Of a stretch of 64,000 bases of DNA, positions 48,401 to 59,800 are shown one piece after another. The stretch spans positions 1,488,001-1,552,000 of the forward strand of contig OZ025788.1 in NCBI GenBank assembly GCA_964019425.1. The letters are read 5' to 3'. The position numbers and the translations under genes were made by a program. The first letter of the stretch is position 1, and each line of letters begins with the position of its first letter. Source of the stretch: Flectonema sp. DT1601. Taxonomy: Eukaryota. The notes under the pieces were generated by a model. That model was given only the letters and a program-made list of their open reading frames with translations, made no database searches and was not told where the DNA came from.

Positions 48401-49313
48401 TTTCGAGATCGATAGGCCAAGGGATAACCATAAAAAAGGTGTAACCATGATTTCTTGGAGGTGAGTGGCACAAAGAGCAGTAAAAAAAAATATCCCGTGA
48501 CAAAGGCAAATAACTGCAAAAGCAGCAATTCTCTTTCCGCAAACGCCCCCCCGTGGGTCATCAGGTCATTTGGTAGTGCCAACCTGCAACAGGTTAACAT
48601 GCAACACCCTACCCTACTCTACCCCACTCTACCCTACTTTCTTCCCGCAATGCGTGACACCATTCAACACTTACGTAGCACTTAGCACCAGGCCTGCTTG
48701 CGGGGAGAAACAGAAGCCCCATTCCCAGTACGGAAGTAGCTAGGCCTGGCGCTTACATAGCACTTCTGGGCGACCTAATATTATCCCTGTAATGCGTGGC
48801 ACTATTACGTAGCACTCAGCACCAGGCCTGCTAGCAGGAAGAAACAGAAGCCTCATTCCCAGTACGGAAGTAGCTAGGCCTGGCCAGCTTACAGTGCTGC
48901 GTAAGTTCTGACTGGCAAACAACTGCAAAACTTTTTTCTCCACACAGAAATTTGAAGACTTTTTGGGGCCGATAGATCGAGAGATAACCATAAAAAAAGC
49001 AAAAAGTGGTAAAAAAAAAAAAAAAAATTCAGTGACAAAGGCAAATTTCTTTCTGCAAACGCCCGCCGTGGATCATCAGACTGTCATTTGGTAGCGCCGA
49101 CTTGCCACAGGTCAATATGCAACGCTACTTTTCTTTCTGTAATGCGTGGCACCAGTCAACACTTATGTTGCACTTAGAACCAGACCTTCTTGCGGGAATG
49201 CAAAGAAGAATTAGTGTGTAATTAGGTGAGGCCTGGCCTGGGTACCTGGCCCAGGACTTGGTGGATTTCCTCAGAACCCAAAATATCCCCAATGCTGACA
49301 ATTATATAGGAGA
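45428..49313 (-). mobile_element. Non-autonomous Helitron (3,886 bp) of the same family
   Basis: Same 5' TCTCCTATATA and 3' GGGGTATCTCTAG termini, homologous subterminal regions, no RepHel ORF, same insertion phase. Confidence 0.92.
46690..48252. repeat. 32-bp minisatellite AAATTTGCTTGCGGGAAGAAAATAAGCAGCCA, about 48 copies, inside the non-autonomous Helitron
   Basis: Directly visible, with variant units (GAGAATCA, GCTAA). Confidence 0.95.
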
Positions 49314-52021
49314 AACCCGCAAACCCGCAAACCCGCAAACCCGCAAACCCGCAAACCCGCAAACCCGCAAACCCGCAAACCCGCAAACCCGCAAACCCGC
49401 AAACCCGCAAACCCGCAAACCCGCAAACCCGCAAACCCGCAAACCCGCAAACCCGCAAACCCGCAAACCCGCAAACCCGCAAACCCGCAAACCCGCAAAC
49501 CCGCAAACCCGCAAACCCGCAAACCCGCAAACCCGCAAACCCGCAAACCCGCAAACCCGCAAACCCGCAAACCCGCAAACCCGCAAACCCGCAAACCCGC
49601 AAACCCGCAAACCCGCAAACCCGCAAACCCGCAAACCCGCAAACCCGCAAACCCGCAAACCCGCAAACCCGCAAACCCGCAAACCCGCAAACCCGCAAAC
49701 CCGCAAACCCGCAAACCCGCAAACCCGCAAACCCGCAAACCCGCAAACCCGCAAACCCGCAAACCCGCAAACCCGCAAACCCGCAAACCCGCAAACCCGC
49801 AAACCCGCAAACCCGCAAACCCGCAAACCCGCAAACCCGCAAACCCGCAAACCCGCAAACCCGCAAACCCGCAAACCCGCAAACCCGCAAACCCGCAAAC
49901 CCGCAAACCCGCAAACCCGCAAACCCGCAAACCCGCAAACCCGCAAACCCGCAAACCCGCAAACCCGCAAACCCGCAAACCCGCAAACCCGCAAACCCGC
50001 AAACCCGCAAACCCGCAAACCCGCAAACCCGCAAACCCGCAAACCCGCAAACCCGCAAACCCGCAAACCCGCAAACCCGCAAACCCGCAAACCCGCAAAC
50101 CCGCAAACCCGCAAACCCGCAAACCCGCAAACCCGCAAACCCGCAAACCCGCAAACCCGCAAACCCGCAAACCCGCAAACCCGCAAACCCGCAAACCCGC
50201 AAACCCGCAAACCCGCAAACCCGCAAACCCGCAAACCCGCAAACCCGCAAACCCGCAAACCCGCAAACCCGCAAACCCGCAAACCCGCAAACCCGCAAAC
50301 CCGCAAACCCGCAAACCCGCAAACCCGCAAACCCGCAAACCCGCAAACCCGCAAACCCGCAAACCCGCAAACCCGCAAACCCGCAAACCCGCAAACCCGC
50401 AAACCCGCAAACCCGCAAACCCGCAAACCCGCAAACCCGCAAACCCGCAAACCCGCAAACCCGCAAACCCGCAAACCCGCAAACCCGCAAACCCGCAAAC
50501 CCGCAAACCCGCAAACCCGCAAACCCGCAAACCCGCAAACCCGCAAACCCGCAAACCCGCAAACCCGCAAACCCGCAAACCCGCAAACCCGCAAACCCGC
50601 AAACCCGCAAACCCGCAAACCCGCAAACCCGCAAACCCGCAAACCCGCAAACCCGCAAACCCGCAAACCCGCAAACCCGCAAACCCGCAAACCCGCAAAC
50701 CCGCAAACCCGCAAACCCGCAAACCCGCAAACCCGCAAACCCGCAAACCCGCAAACCCGCAAACCCGCAAACCCGCAAACCCGCAAACCCGCAAACCCGC
50801 AAACCCGCAAACCCGCAAACCCGCAAACCCGCAAACCCGCAAACCCGCAAACCCGCAAACCCGCAAACCCGCAAACCCGCAAACCCGCAAACCCGCAAAC
50901 CCGCAAACCCGCAAACCCGCAAACCCGCAAACCCGCAAACCCGCAAACCCGCAAACCCGCAAACCCGCAAACCCGCAAACCCGCAAACCCGCAAACCCGC
51001 AAACCCGCAAACCCGCAAACCCGCAAACCCGCAAACCCGCAAACCCGCAAACCCGCAAACCCGCAAACCCGCAAACCCGCAAACCCGCAAACCCGCAAAC
51101 CCGCAAACCCGCAAACCCGCAAACCCGCAAACCCGCAAACCCGCAAACCCGCAAACCCGCAAACCCGCAAACCCGCAAACCCGCAAACCCGCAAACCCGC
51201 AAACCCGCAAACCCGCAAACCCGCAAACCCGCAAACCCGCAAACCCGCAAACCCGCAAACCCGCAAACCCGCAAACCCGCAAACCCGCAAACCCGCAAAC
51301 CCGCAAACCCGCAAACCCGCAAACCCGCAAACCCGCAAACCCGCAAACCCGCAAACCCGCAAACCCGCAAACCCGCAAACCCGCAAACCCGCAAACCCGC
51401 AAACCCGCAAACCCGCAAACCCGCAAACCCGCAAACCCGCAAACCCGCAAACCCGCAAACCCGCAAACCCGCAAACCCGCAAACCCGCAAACCCGCAAAC
51501 CCGCAAACCCGCAAACCCGCAAACCCGCAAACCCGCAAACCCGCAAACCCGCAAACCCGCAAACCCGCAAACCCGCAAACCCGCAAACCCGCAAACCCGC
51601 AAACCCGCAAACCCGCAAACCCGCAAACCCGCAAACCCGCAAACCCGCAAACCCGCAAACCCGCAAACCCGCAAACCCGCAAACCCGCAAACCCGCAAAC
51701 CCGCAAACCCGCAAACCCGCAAACCCGCAAACCCGCAAACCCGCAAACCCGCAAACCCGCAAACCCGCAAACCCGCAAACCCGCAAACCCGCAAACCCGC
51801 AAACCCGCAAACCCGCAAACCCGCAAACCCGCAAACCCGCAAACCCGCAAACCCGCAAACCCGCAAACCCGCAAACCCGCAAACCCGCAAACCCGCAAAC
51901 CCGCAAACCCGCAAACCCGCAAACCCGCAAACCCGCAAACCCGCAAACCCGCAAACCCGCAAACCCGCAAACCCGCAAACCCGCAAACCCGCAAACCCGC
52001 AAACCCGCAAACCCGCAAACC
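49314..52021. repeat. (CCCGCAAA)n satellite, about 338 units
   Basis: Perfect 8-bp repeat. Confidence 0.99.
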
Positions 52022-52208
52022 TAACTACAGCGGGGAACCGGAACTTCGAAGTACAGCCGTCAGCATCATTTTCTCGCCATCGTTTGGCGCATCGATACAT
52101 CCTATCAGAATATATTTCATTTTATTTAGAGCTGTTTAACTCATGTTTACCTTTCCTTTTCTTTCAGCCGACGGGTTCGACCTATTAAACACTTAAACAA
52201 AAAGAAAA
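52020..52208 (+). repeat. Split direct repeat A1 (189 bp)
   Basis: Identical by eye to 56406-56594; contains a pyrimidine tract+CAG just before ORF1. Confidence 0.95.
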
Positions 52209-53441
52209 ATGGGTGATACTTATGACTTCGAATTTCCTAACTCATTAGTTACGCTATGGGGAAATACCGGTGAGGAACTGCTACCGAGAAGACACATAAA
52301 TATGCCAGATGTATTGGGTCGGATCCCATGGGCTGATTGGACAAGTGAAGCAGGCAAAATGATGATGATAATGGTGCTTGCAAGGTGCCTTGGGTGTGAT
52401 AGAGAAGTAATTCAAGGTATTTCACCGAGAAAGGTTGCAATATTAATTGACGCGCTGCGAGGTCGGAATAATTTAATTGTTGATAGCATCGCCGAAGCTG
52501 TACAGAACGGGACACTAGCAAGCCTTTCTGGGATGCCTCAAGATCCGTTTAGAAAAGTTGAAGCGATTGTAACGACAGTTGCAAATAGACAAAGCCAGCA
52601 AGACGAGAATCTCACAGGACTGTATCGTAGTACCGCTCAAGAATTTGCGAAGCATGAAGGAGCGATCCGTGCAGTAAGTAGCGAAGCAGCAAATGCCACG
52701 GCCGCCGCGACAACAGCTGTTAAAAGTACCAATGATAGACAAGATTCGCTCGAGTCACGAACGGATGCTTTCGCAACAGATGTACTGAGTAGGCTGAACA
52801 GGCAGTCAAAGCTTATTGAGGAGCAGCAGGAAATGATCTCTAAGCAAGATAAACAAATTGCAAACTTGATGCGGGCGTCGTACAGATACGTCCACCCAAT
52901 GAGCGCGCAACCGGCGCCTCGCACGACTGCACCTGAACAGCCGGAGCCAAGGGCTCGGTATGAAGAACCGACTTCCGCTGAAGAAACAAGAATTCACAAT
53001 CCAGTCTCGCATACTGTCCGTTCCGTTGCGGAAGACCCTGATAGGTGGATGGAGTACGCAGATGCCAGTAACTTCCAACTGACGGAATTAATTCGAGAGT
53101 TGCGAACATGGGTTCCTAGCAAGAAAGGGGATCTGCAAGATGGGATGGAGGCGGTGATCGGTGCGATCGAAGTCATCTTGCATCCGGAACGGGACGCTGA
53201 AGACGCTGTGCTTGCCCTTGCCGACAGCTTGCAGGTATTAAGGTGTAAGGCAAGGGATGGATGGAAGGCGGCTGAAGCTTTTAAAGGTGAACTCTGGAGG
53301 GAACAGAATGTTGCCCCACGTTATGCGAAAGCATGGCGGGCGTCTAGCACAGCTAAGGTGAAGTCAAACTACGCTGCGCGGAAAGAAGTCTCTAGAGGTT
53401 CAAAAAACGAAGCTTCAAAGGGCGGCAGGTCCCATCAATGA
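52209..53441 (+). CDS. ORF1, gag-like coiled-coil protein of the YR retrotransposon
   Basis: 410-aa first ORF directly after repeat A1, with a central coiled coil and basic C-terminus; assigned by position. Confidence 0.75.
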   Translation: MGDTYDFEFPNSLVTLWGNTGEELLPRRHINMPDVLGRIPWADWTSEAGKMMMIMVLARCLGCDREVIQGISPRKVAILIDALRGRNNLIVDSIAEAVQNGTLASLSGMPQDPFRKVEAIVTTVANRQSQQDENLTGLYRSTAQEFAKHEGAIRAVSSEAANATAAATTAVKSTNDRQDSLESRTDAFATDVLSRLNRQSKLIEEQQEMISKQDKQIANLMRASYRYVHPMSAQPAPRTTAPEQPEPRARYEEPTSAEETRIHNPVSHTVRSVAEDPDRWMEYADASNFQLTELIRELRTWVPSKKGDLQDGMEAVIGAIEVILHPERDAEDAVLALADSLQVLRCKARDGWKAAEAFKGELWREQNVAPRYAKAWRASSTAKVKSNYAARKEVSRGSKNEASKGGRSHQ

Positions 53442-56146
53442 AAAGAACGCAAGTGGTTGGGGACGGGCGCACCAGCCACGCGAAAGTTAAAATGGCGCCG
53501 AAATTACCAGAAAAGTCCATTGTCCGGGTTGCAACCGACTTTTCCTACTACCCAAGAGACCCAACCGGAGCTGCCTATTCTGACGAGGGAAATTTTAAAC
53601 CATCTTGGGAAGAAAGACCGAACTCGCTCTGCGCATACAGAGGACGGCGTCAGCGCGGAAGACGCTTCGAAGAAGCTGGCCGACGTGGTCGGGAAGATGT
53701 GGGCAGCGAGTACATCGGCGAAGAGACGAAACCTCTGGGCAAGACTCTTATCGTGGGCGGAAGTGAACAGCTTGCCAGTAAACGCGGAAACCGCTGTCTT
53801 ATTCGTCCTTGCCACGAGGGTGAAACCACAAGGGCTACTTCAGTATGCAAAGTCCCTATCAGCAATCATGAAGTGTCTGGGAATGGACAATCGACAGCTA
53901 CTAACTCTTGCCACCGCGCTACGAGCAGACGGCGCAGCTATTCCGACAAAGCAAGCACGGCCAATTACAAGGGAGGCTCTCATGGCCTGGGCGGAGTCAT
54001 CATCGGACGAACTATGGCTGGCAACAATGATCTGCTGGAAGACAGCCTCAAGATGGGGCGAGGTTCAGGCACTCACGTCGGAGCAATTCATTCGAGTGGA
54101 GAGGGAGGAAGTGATCATCGACTGGCTCAGCACGCCGAAGCTTCGATCAGCAAATCCATTCGTCCCGTCACGTTGGACTGTGATACGGGGGAGCATGACG
54201 GGAGAGATCTGGTTGCTTTTAAAGGACAAGATTCCATTCGGGGCACTCACAAACAGAACAACAGAAATGTTGGATCGGATGTGGGGAAGGGATCCGAACA
54301 TGAAGGGATTTACAGCACACTCGATAAAGCGCGGCGCAGCAACAGTACTTTACGAAAACCTTGCAAAGGGAGCGGACTTACCGGAGCACATTATCTCTCG
54401 GACCCTGAAGCATGCGGAGAAGGAGACAGGGATATCATCAACATCGCTGAGGTACGGGGGTGCGCCAGCCGACATGGCAGTTGCTCTACAGACTTGGAAA
54501 GCCACCCAGCTCTTGTAAAACATGCACCGCATAGCATCTCGAGAAGGGGCCAGCGGACGAGGCTACCTGTCACAGCGGAAGAGAAGGCATCACCGCTTCA
54601 TGTTTCTTCTATAAAACTAATGAATGTTGACGGGCTTCGAGGGAGGCTGAACGACTCGGCAAGGGTGCGGTTTGATAGTGTCTGGGATATGGTATTCCCA
54701 AGGCAAACACCACCTTCGCGAAGCAGCACACACTCGAAACACTCAACTCTCCAGCCTAGCCATGCTGACGAACTGGTTAGTCGCTCTATCGCACGCCATG
54801 CTGAAGCAGGGGGGGTAATGCAAAATGTGCCGTTCACTGTTGTTGAGGAGAAGGCTGAGGGCTTACGCCAGCGATTCATACTCTGGACAAAGGGACTGAA
54901 CGACTGGGGCGAGGGTACTGGGTACCAAGCCGCCGTTCCACTGAAGCACATCTCAGCTTATCTTGGTGCTGTCAAGCAGGAGTGCGCCACAACTCGTGAC
55001 TTCAGAACAGGATTCTTTGCGATTGAAATTCCAACATATGCAAGACATCTCTTCAGGTTCCAAGATAGCTCTGGAAGATGGTTCGAGATGCAACGACTAC
55101 CGATGGGACATATTGGCGCCCCGGAACTAATGCACACGCTCGCCGCATCCGCTGCAGGACATCCCGACTACGTTAGAAGTGACATTGCCGTGCACTCCGT
55201 TGGTATTGACATCTTTATTGACAATATAAGGTACACAGGGGAGCGGAAGCATATTCTCGATGCGACGACAGTGCTTGATGAGACTGCTTCGGGTATGTCT
55301 ATTACATGGAAGGCTTCCGACTCACATACTGCTGCGACAACCTACACGTTCCTCGGGGCGGACTTTAATCATGAGCTTCGTACGGTAAGGGCTTCTGAGA
55401 AAATTCGACGCAAGATAAGTGGTGTGAATCTTTCCAACTGCACAGCTTCACAGCTCGAGTCACTCGGAGGAAGACTTGTTCACGCAAGCGCAATTGCAGG
55501 CGTTCCGATGGGTCAGTTCTGGTATGCAGTGAAGTTCCTTCGAAGGCTTGTCAACGGTCTCAATAGGGGGACCCGCCGTCCAGAAGCGAATGTTAACATC
55601 CCGCCGTCAGTTACCGCACAACTCTCTGCATGGTGCACTGCGGCTCTCAAGCAACAGACGATCTTCCAGCATGATAGCAGAAATTCAGTTACAACGTTCA
55701 TCGACGCTTCTATGACGGGATGGGGCGGCGTTATTATTGATGACTCAACAGCTGAAATTATTATCCTCGGCGGCTCCTGGACGCCATCAGAAGCACGCCT
55801 CCACATCAACGTTCTCGAATCTCTTGCATTATCTAAGACGCTTTCTCAGCTTCCCGTAAGATATAAGGGTGGCACCCTATCACTCTGGATCGATAACACT
55901 TCTGTTGTTGGTGCACTTCGAAAGAAACTCTGTGCTAGGTCAGCAGACTTAAACAAGAATGTCGTTCTTTCTTCTATAATATTCAAGAACCTCCAGCTCG
56001 ATGTTAACATCGGATGGGTCGCGTCAGCTAACAATCCAGCTGACATCCCATCACGCCTCCCAGAACACAAAATCTCATCGGCATCAACACTGCATACTGT
56101 CGAACTTGCGCTGCGGAGGTTTATTACAAGCGACGGGGTGGAGTGA
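53438..56146 (+). CDS. Reverse transcriptase / RNase H ORF; its N-terminal ~360 aa overlap the YR gene in another frame
   Basis: RT motifs RQRFIL, DFRTGFFAI, RLPMG, FIDN, FLG; RNase H motifs FIDAS, HINVLE, WIDNT, NPADIPSR. Confidence 0.92.
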   Translation: MKRTQVVGDGRTSHAKVKMAPKLPEKSIVRVATDFSYYPRDPTGAAYSDEGNFKPSWEERPNSLCAYRGRRQRGRRFEEAGRRGREDVGSEYIGEETKPLGKTLIVGGSEQLASKRGNRCLIRPCHEGETTRATSVCKVPISNHEVSGNGQSTATNSCHRATSRRRSYSDKASTANYKGGSHGLGGVIIGRTMAGNNDLLEDSLKMGRGSGTHVGAIHSSGEGGSDHRLAQHAEASISKSIRPVTLDCDTGEHDGRDLVAFKGQDSIRGTHKQNNRNVGSDVGKGSEHEGIYSTLDKARRSNSTLRKPCKGSGLTGAHYLSDPEACGEGDRDIINIAEVRGCASRHGSCSTDLESHPALVKHAPHSISRRGQRTRLPVTAEEKASPLHVSSIKLMNVDGLRGRLNDSARVRFDSVWDMVFPRQTPPSRSSTHSKHSTLQPSHADELVSRSIARHAEAGGVMQNVPFTVVEEKAEGLRQRFILWTKGLNDWGEGTGYQAAVPLKHISAYLGAVKQECATTRDFRTGFFAIEIPTYARHLFRFQDSSGRWFEMQRLPMGHIGAPELMHTLAASAAGHPDYVRSDIAVHSVGIDIFIDNIRYTGERKHILDATTVLDETASGMSITWKASDSHTAATTYTFLGADFNHELRTVRASEKIRRKISGVNLSNCTASQLESLGGRLVHASAIAGVPMGQFWYAVKFLRRLVNGLNRGTRRPEANVNIPPSVTAQLSAWCTAALKQQTIFQHDSRNSVTTFIDASMTGWGGVIIDDSTAEIIILGGSWTPSEARLHINVLESLALSKTLSQLPVRYKGGTLSLWIDNTSVVGALRKKLCARSADLNKNVVLSSIIFKNLQLDVNIGWVASANNPADIPSRLPEHKISSASTLHTVELALRRFITSDGVE
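53457..54518 (+). CDS. Tyrosine recombinase (start uncertain)
   Basis: Catalytic-type motifs WKTASRWGEV (R), TPK (K), HSIKRG, LKH, SLRY (Y). Confidence 0.88.
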   Translation: MGTGAPATRKLKWRRNYQKSPLSGLQPTFPTTQETQPELPILTREILNHLGKKDRTRSAHTEDGVSAEDASKKLADVVGKMWAASTSAKRRNLWARLLSWAEVNSLPVNAETAVLFVLATRVKPQGLLQYAKSLSAIMKCLGMDNRQLLTLATALRADGAAIPTKQARPITREALMAWAESSSDELWLATMICWKTASRWGEVQALTSEQFIRVEREEVIIDWLSTPKLRSANPFVPSRWTVIRGSMTGEIWLLLKDKIPFGALTNRTTEMLDRMWGRDPNMKGFTAHSIKRGAATVLYENLAKGADLPEHIISRTLKHAEKETGISSTSLRYGGAPADMAVALQTWKATQLL

Positions 56147-56874
56147 GGCAGGCCAACCGGTGCCGCTACTCGGACTGCTCACTCACATGGCTTTCTGCCA
56201 CGCTCAGCCGATAGCGACCACCACCTGCGGTCTACTTACCTCACTTCGTGAAAAGAATTTGTGAACTCTTATAGTTTAATTTCTCTATCCTTCCTAGTGA
56301 TAGACGAGCTACTTAGTTTTATCCATAGTTTCATGTTTTACTATTACATTTCTTCTACTCTTATCTTTCCTTCCTTTCTTTCAGGCTGTACAGGGGTTAT
56401 GGTTCCCTAACTACAGCGGGGAACCGGAACTTCGAAGTACAGCCGTCAGCATCATTTTCTCGCCATCGTTTGGCGCATCGATACATCCTATCAGAATATA
56501 TTTCATTTTATTTAGAGCTGTTTAACTCATGTTTACCTTTCCTTTTCTTTCAGCCGACGGGTTCGACCTATTAAACACTTAAACAAAAAGAAAACCCACC
56601 CACCGACCCCCTCGGCAGGCCAACCGGTGCCGCTACTCGGACTGCTCACTCACATGGCTTTCTGCCACGCTCAGCCGATAGCGACCACCACCTGCGGTCT
56701 ACTTACCTCACTTCGTGAAAAGAATTTGTGAACTCTTATAGTTTAATTTCTCTATCCTTCCTAGTGATAGACGAGCTACTTAGTTTTATCCATAGTTTCA
56801 TGTTTTACTATTACATTTCTTCTACTCTTATCTTTCCTTCCTTTCTTTCAGGCTGTACAGGGGTTATGGTTCCC
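56147..56874 (+). repeat. 3' repeat block B1 (56147-56407), A2 (56406-56594), 19-nt C-rich spacer, B2 (56614-56874)
   Basis: Direct sequence comparison; B copies are 261 bp and identical by eye. Confidence 0.95.
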
Positions 56875-59800
56875 CGCAAACCCGCAAACCCGCAAACCCG
56901 CAAACCCGCAAACCCGCAAACCCACAAACCCGCAAACCCGCAAACCCGCAAACCCGCAAACCCGCAAACCCGCAAACCCGCAAACCCGCAAACCCGCAAA
57001 CCCGCAAACCCGCAAACCCGCAAACCCGCAAACCCGCAAACCCGCAAACCCGCAAACCCGCAAACCCGCAAACCCGCAAACCCGCAAACCCGCAAACCCG
57101 CAAACCCGCAAACCCGCAAACCCGCAAACCCGCAAACCCGCAAACCCGCAAACCCGCAAACCCGCAAACCCGCAAACCCGCAAACCCGCAAACCCGCAAA
57201 CCCGCAAACCCGCAAACCCGCAAACCCGCAAACCCGCAAACCCGCAAACCCGCAAACCCGCAAACCCGCAAACCCGCAAACCCGCAAACCCGCAAACCCG
57301 CAAACCCGCAAACCCGCAAACCCGCAAACCCGCAAACCCGCAAACCCGCAAACCCGCAAACCCGCAAACCCGCAAACCCGCAAACCCGCAAACCCGCAAA
57401 CCCGCAAACCCGCAAACCCGCAAACCCGCAAACCCGCAAACCCGCAAACCCGCAAACCCGCAAACCCGCAAACCCGCAAACCCGCAAACCCGCAAACCCG
57501 CAAACCCGCAAACCCGCAAACCCGCAAACCCGCAAACCCGCAAACCCGCAAACCCGCAAACCCGCAAACCCGCAAACCCGCAAACCCGCAAACCCGCAAA
57601 CCCGCAAACCCGCAAACCCGCAAACCCGCAAACCCGCAAACCCGCAAACCCGCAAACCCGCAAACCCGCAAACCCGCAAACCCGCAAACCCGCAAACCCG
57701 CAAACCCGCAAACCCGCAAACCCGCAAACCCGCAAACCCGCAAACCCGCAAACCCGCAAACCCGCAAACCCGCAAACCCGCAAACCCGCAAACCCGCAAA
57801 CCCGCAAACCCGCAAACCCGCAAACCCGCAAACCCGCAAACCCGCAAACCCGCAAACCCGCAAACCCGCAAACCCGCAAACCCGCAAACCCGCAAACCCG
57901 CAAACCCGCAAACCCGCAAACCCGCAAACCCGCAAACCCGCAAACCCGCAAACCCGCAAACCCGCAAACCCGCAAACCCGCAAACCCGCAAACCCGCAAA
58001 CCCGCAAACCCGCAAACCCGCAAACCCGCAAACCCGCAAACCCGCAAACCCGCAAACCCGCAAACCCGCAAACCCGCAAACCCGCAAACCCGCAAACCCG
58101 CAAACCCGCAAACCCGCAAACCCGCAAACCCGCAAACCCGCAAACCCGCAAACCCGCAAACCCGCAAACCCGCAAACCCGCAAACCCGCAAACCCGCAAA
58201 CCCGCAAACCCGCAAACCCGCAAACCCGCAAACCCGCAAACCCGCAAACCCGCAAACCCGCAAACCCGCAAACCCGCAAACCCGCAAACCCGCAAACCCG
58301 CAAACCCGCAAACCCGCAAACCCGCAAACCCGCAAACCCGCAAACCCGCAAACCCGCAAACCCGCAAACCCGCAAACCCGCAAACCCGCAAACCCGCAAA
58401 CCCGCAAACCCGCAAACCCGCAAACCCGCAAACCCGCAAACCCGCAAACCCGCAAACCCGCAAACCCGCAAACCCGCAAACCCGCAAACCCGCAAACCCG
58501 CAAACCCGCAAACCCGCAAACCCGCAAACCCGCAAACCCGCAAACCCGCAAACCCGCAAACCCGCAAACCCGCAAACCCGCAAACCCGCAAACCCGCAAA
58601 CCCGCAAACCCGCAAACCCGCAAACCCGCAAACCCGCAAACCCGCAAACCCGCAAACCCGCAAACCCGCAAACCCGCAAACCCGCAAACCCGCAAACCCG
58701 CAAACCCGCAAACCCGCAAACCCGCAAACCCGCAAACCCGCAAACCCGCAAACCCGCAAACCCGCAAACCCGCAAACCCGCAAACCCGCAAACCCGCAAA
58801 CCCGCAAACCCGCAAACCCGCAAACCCGCAAACCCGCAAACCCGCAAACCCGCAAACCCGCAAACCCGCAAACCCGCAAACCCGCAAACCCGCAAACCCG
58901 CAAACCCGCAAACCCGCAAACCCGCAAACCCGCAAACCCGCAAACCCGCAAACCCGCAAACCCGCAAACCCGCAAACCCGCAAACCCGCAAACCCGCAAA
59001 CCCGCAAACCCGCAAACCCGCAAACCCGCAAACCCGCAAACCCGCAAACCCGCAAACCCGCAAACCCGCAAACCCGCAAACCCGCAAACCCGCAAACCCG
59101 CAAACCCGCAAACCCGCAAACCCGCAAACCCGCAAACCCGCAAACCCGCAAACCCGCAAACCCGCAAACCCGCAAACCCGCAAACCCGCAAACCCGCAAA
59201 CCCGCAAACCCGCAAACCCGCAAACCCGCAAACCCGCAAACCCGCAAACCCGCAAACCCGCAAACCCGCAAACCCGCAAACCCGCAAACCCGCAAACCCG
59301 CAAACCCGCAAACCCGCAAACCCGCAAACCCGCAAACCCGCAAACCCGCAAACCCGCAAACCCGCAAACCCGCAAACCCGCAAACCCGCAAACCCGCAAA
59401 CCCGCAAACCCGCAAACCCGCAAACCCGCAAACCCGCAAACCCGCAAACCCGCAAACCCGCAAACCCGCAAACCCGCAAACCCGCAAACCCGCAAACCCG
59501 CAAACCCGCAAACCCGCAAACCCGCAAACCCGCAAACCCGCAAACCCGCAAACCCGCAAACCCGCAAACCCGCAAACCCGCAAACCCGCAAACCCGCAAA
59601 CCCGCAAACCCGCAAACCCGCAAACCCGCAAACCCGCAAACCCGCAAACCCGCAAACCCGCAAACCCGCAAACCCGCAAACCCGCAAACCCGCAAACCCG
59701 CAAACCCGCAAACCCGCAAACCCGCAAACCCGCAAACCCGCAAACCCGCAAACCCGCAAACCCGCAAACCCGCAAACCCGCAAACCCGCAAACCCGCAAA

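Larger units (their letters stand above)
52020..56874 (+). mobile_element. Intact tyrosine-recombinase retrotransposon, VIPER/TATE-like (gag-YR-RT/RH), with split direct repeats A1-ORFs-B1-A2-B2
   Basis: A1 52020-52208 = A2 56406-56594; B1 56147-56407 = B2 56614-56874; three intact ORFs; flanked on both sides by satellite. Confidence 0.93.
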
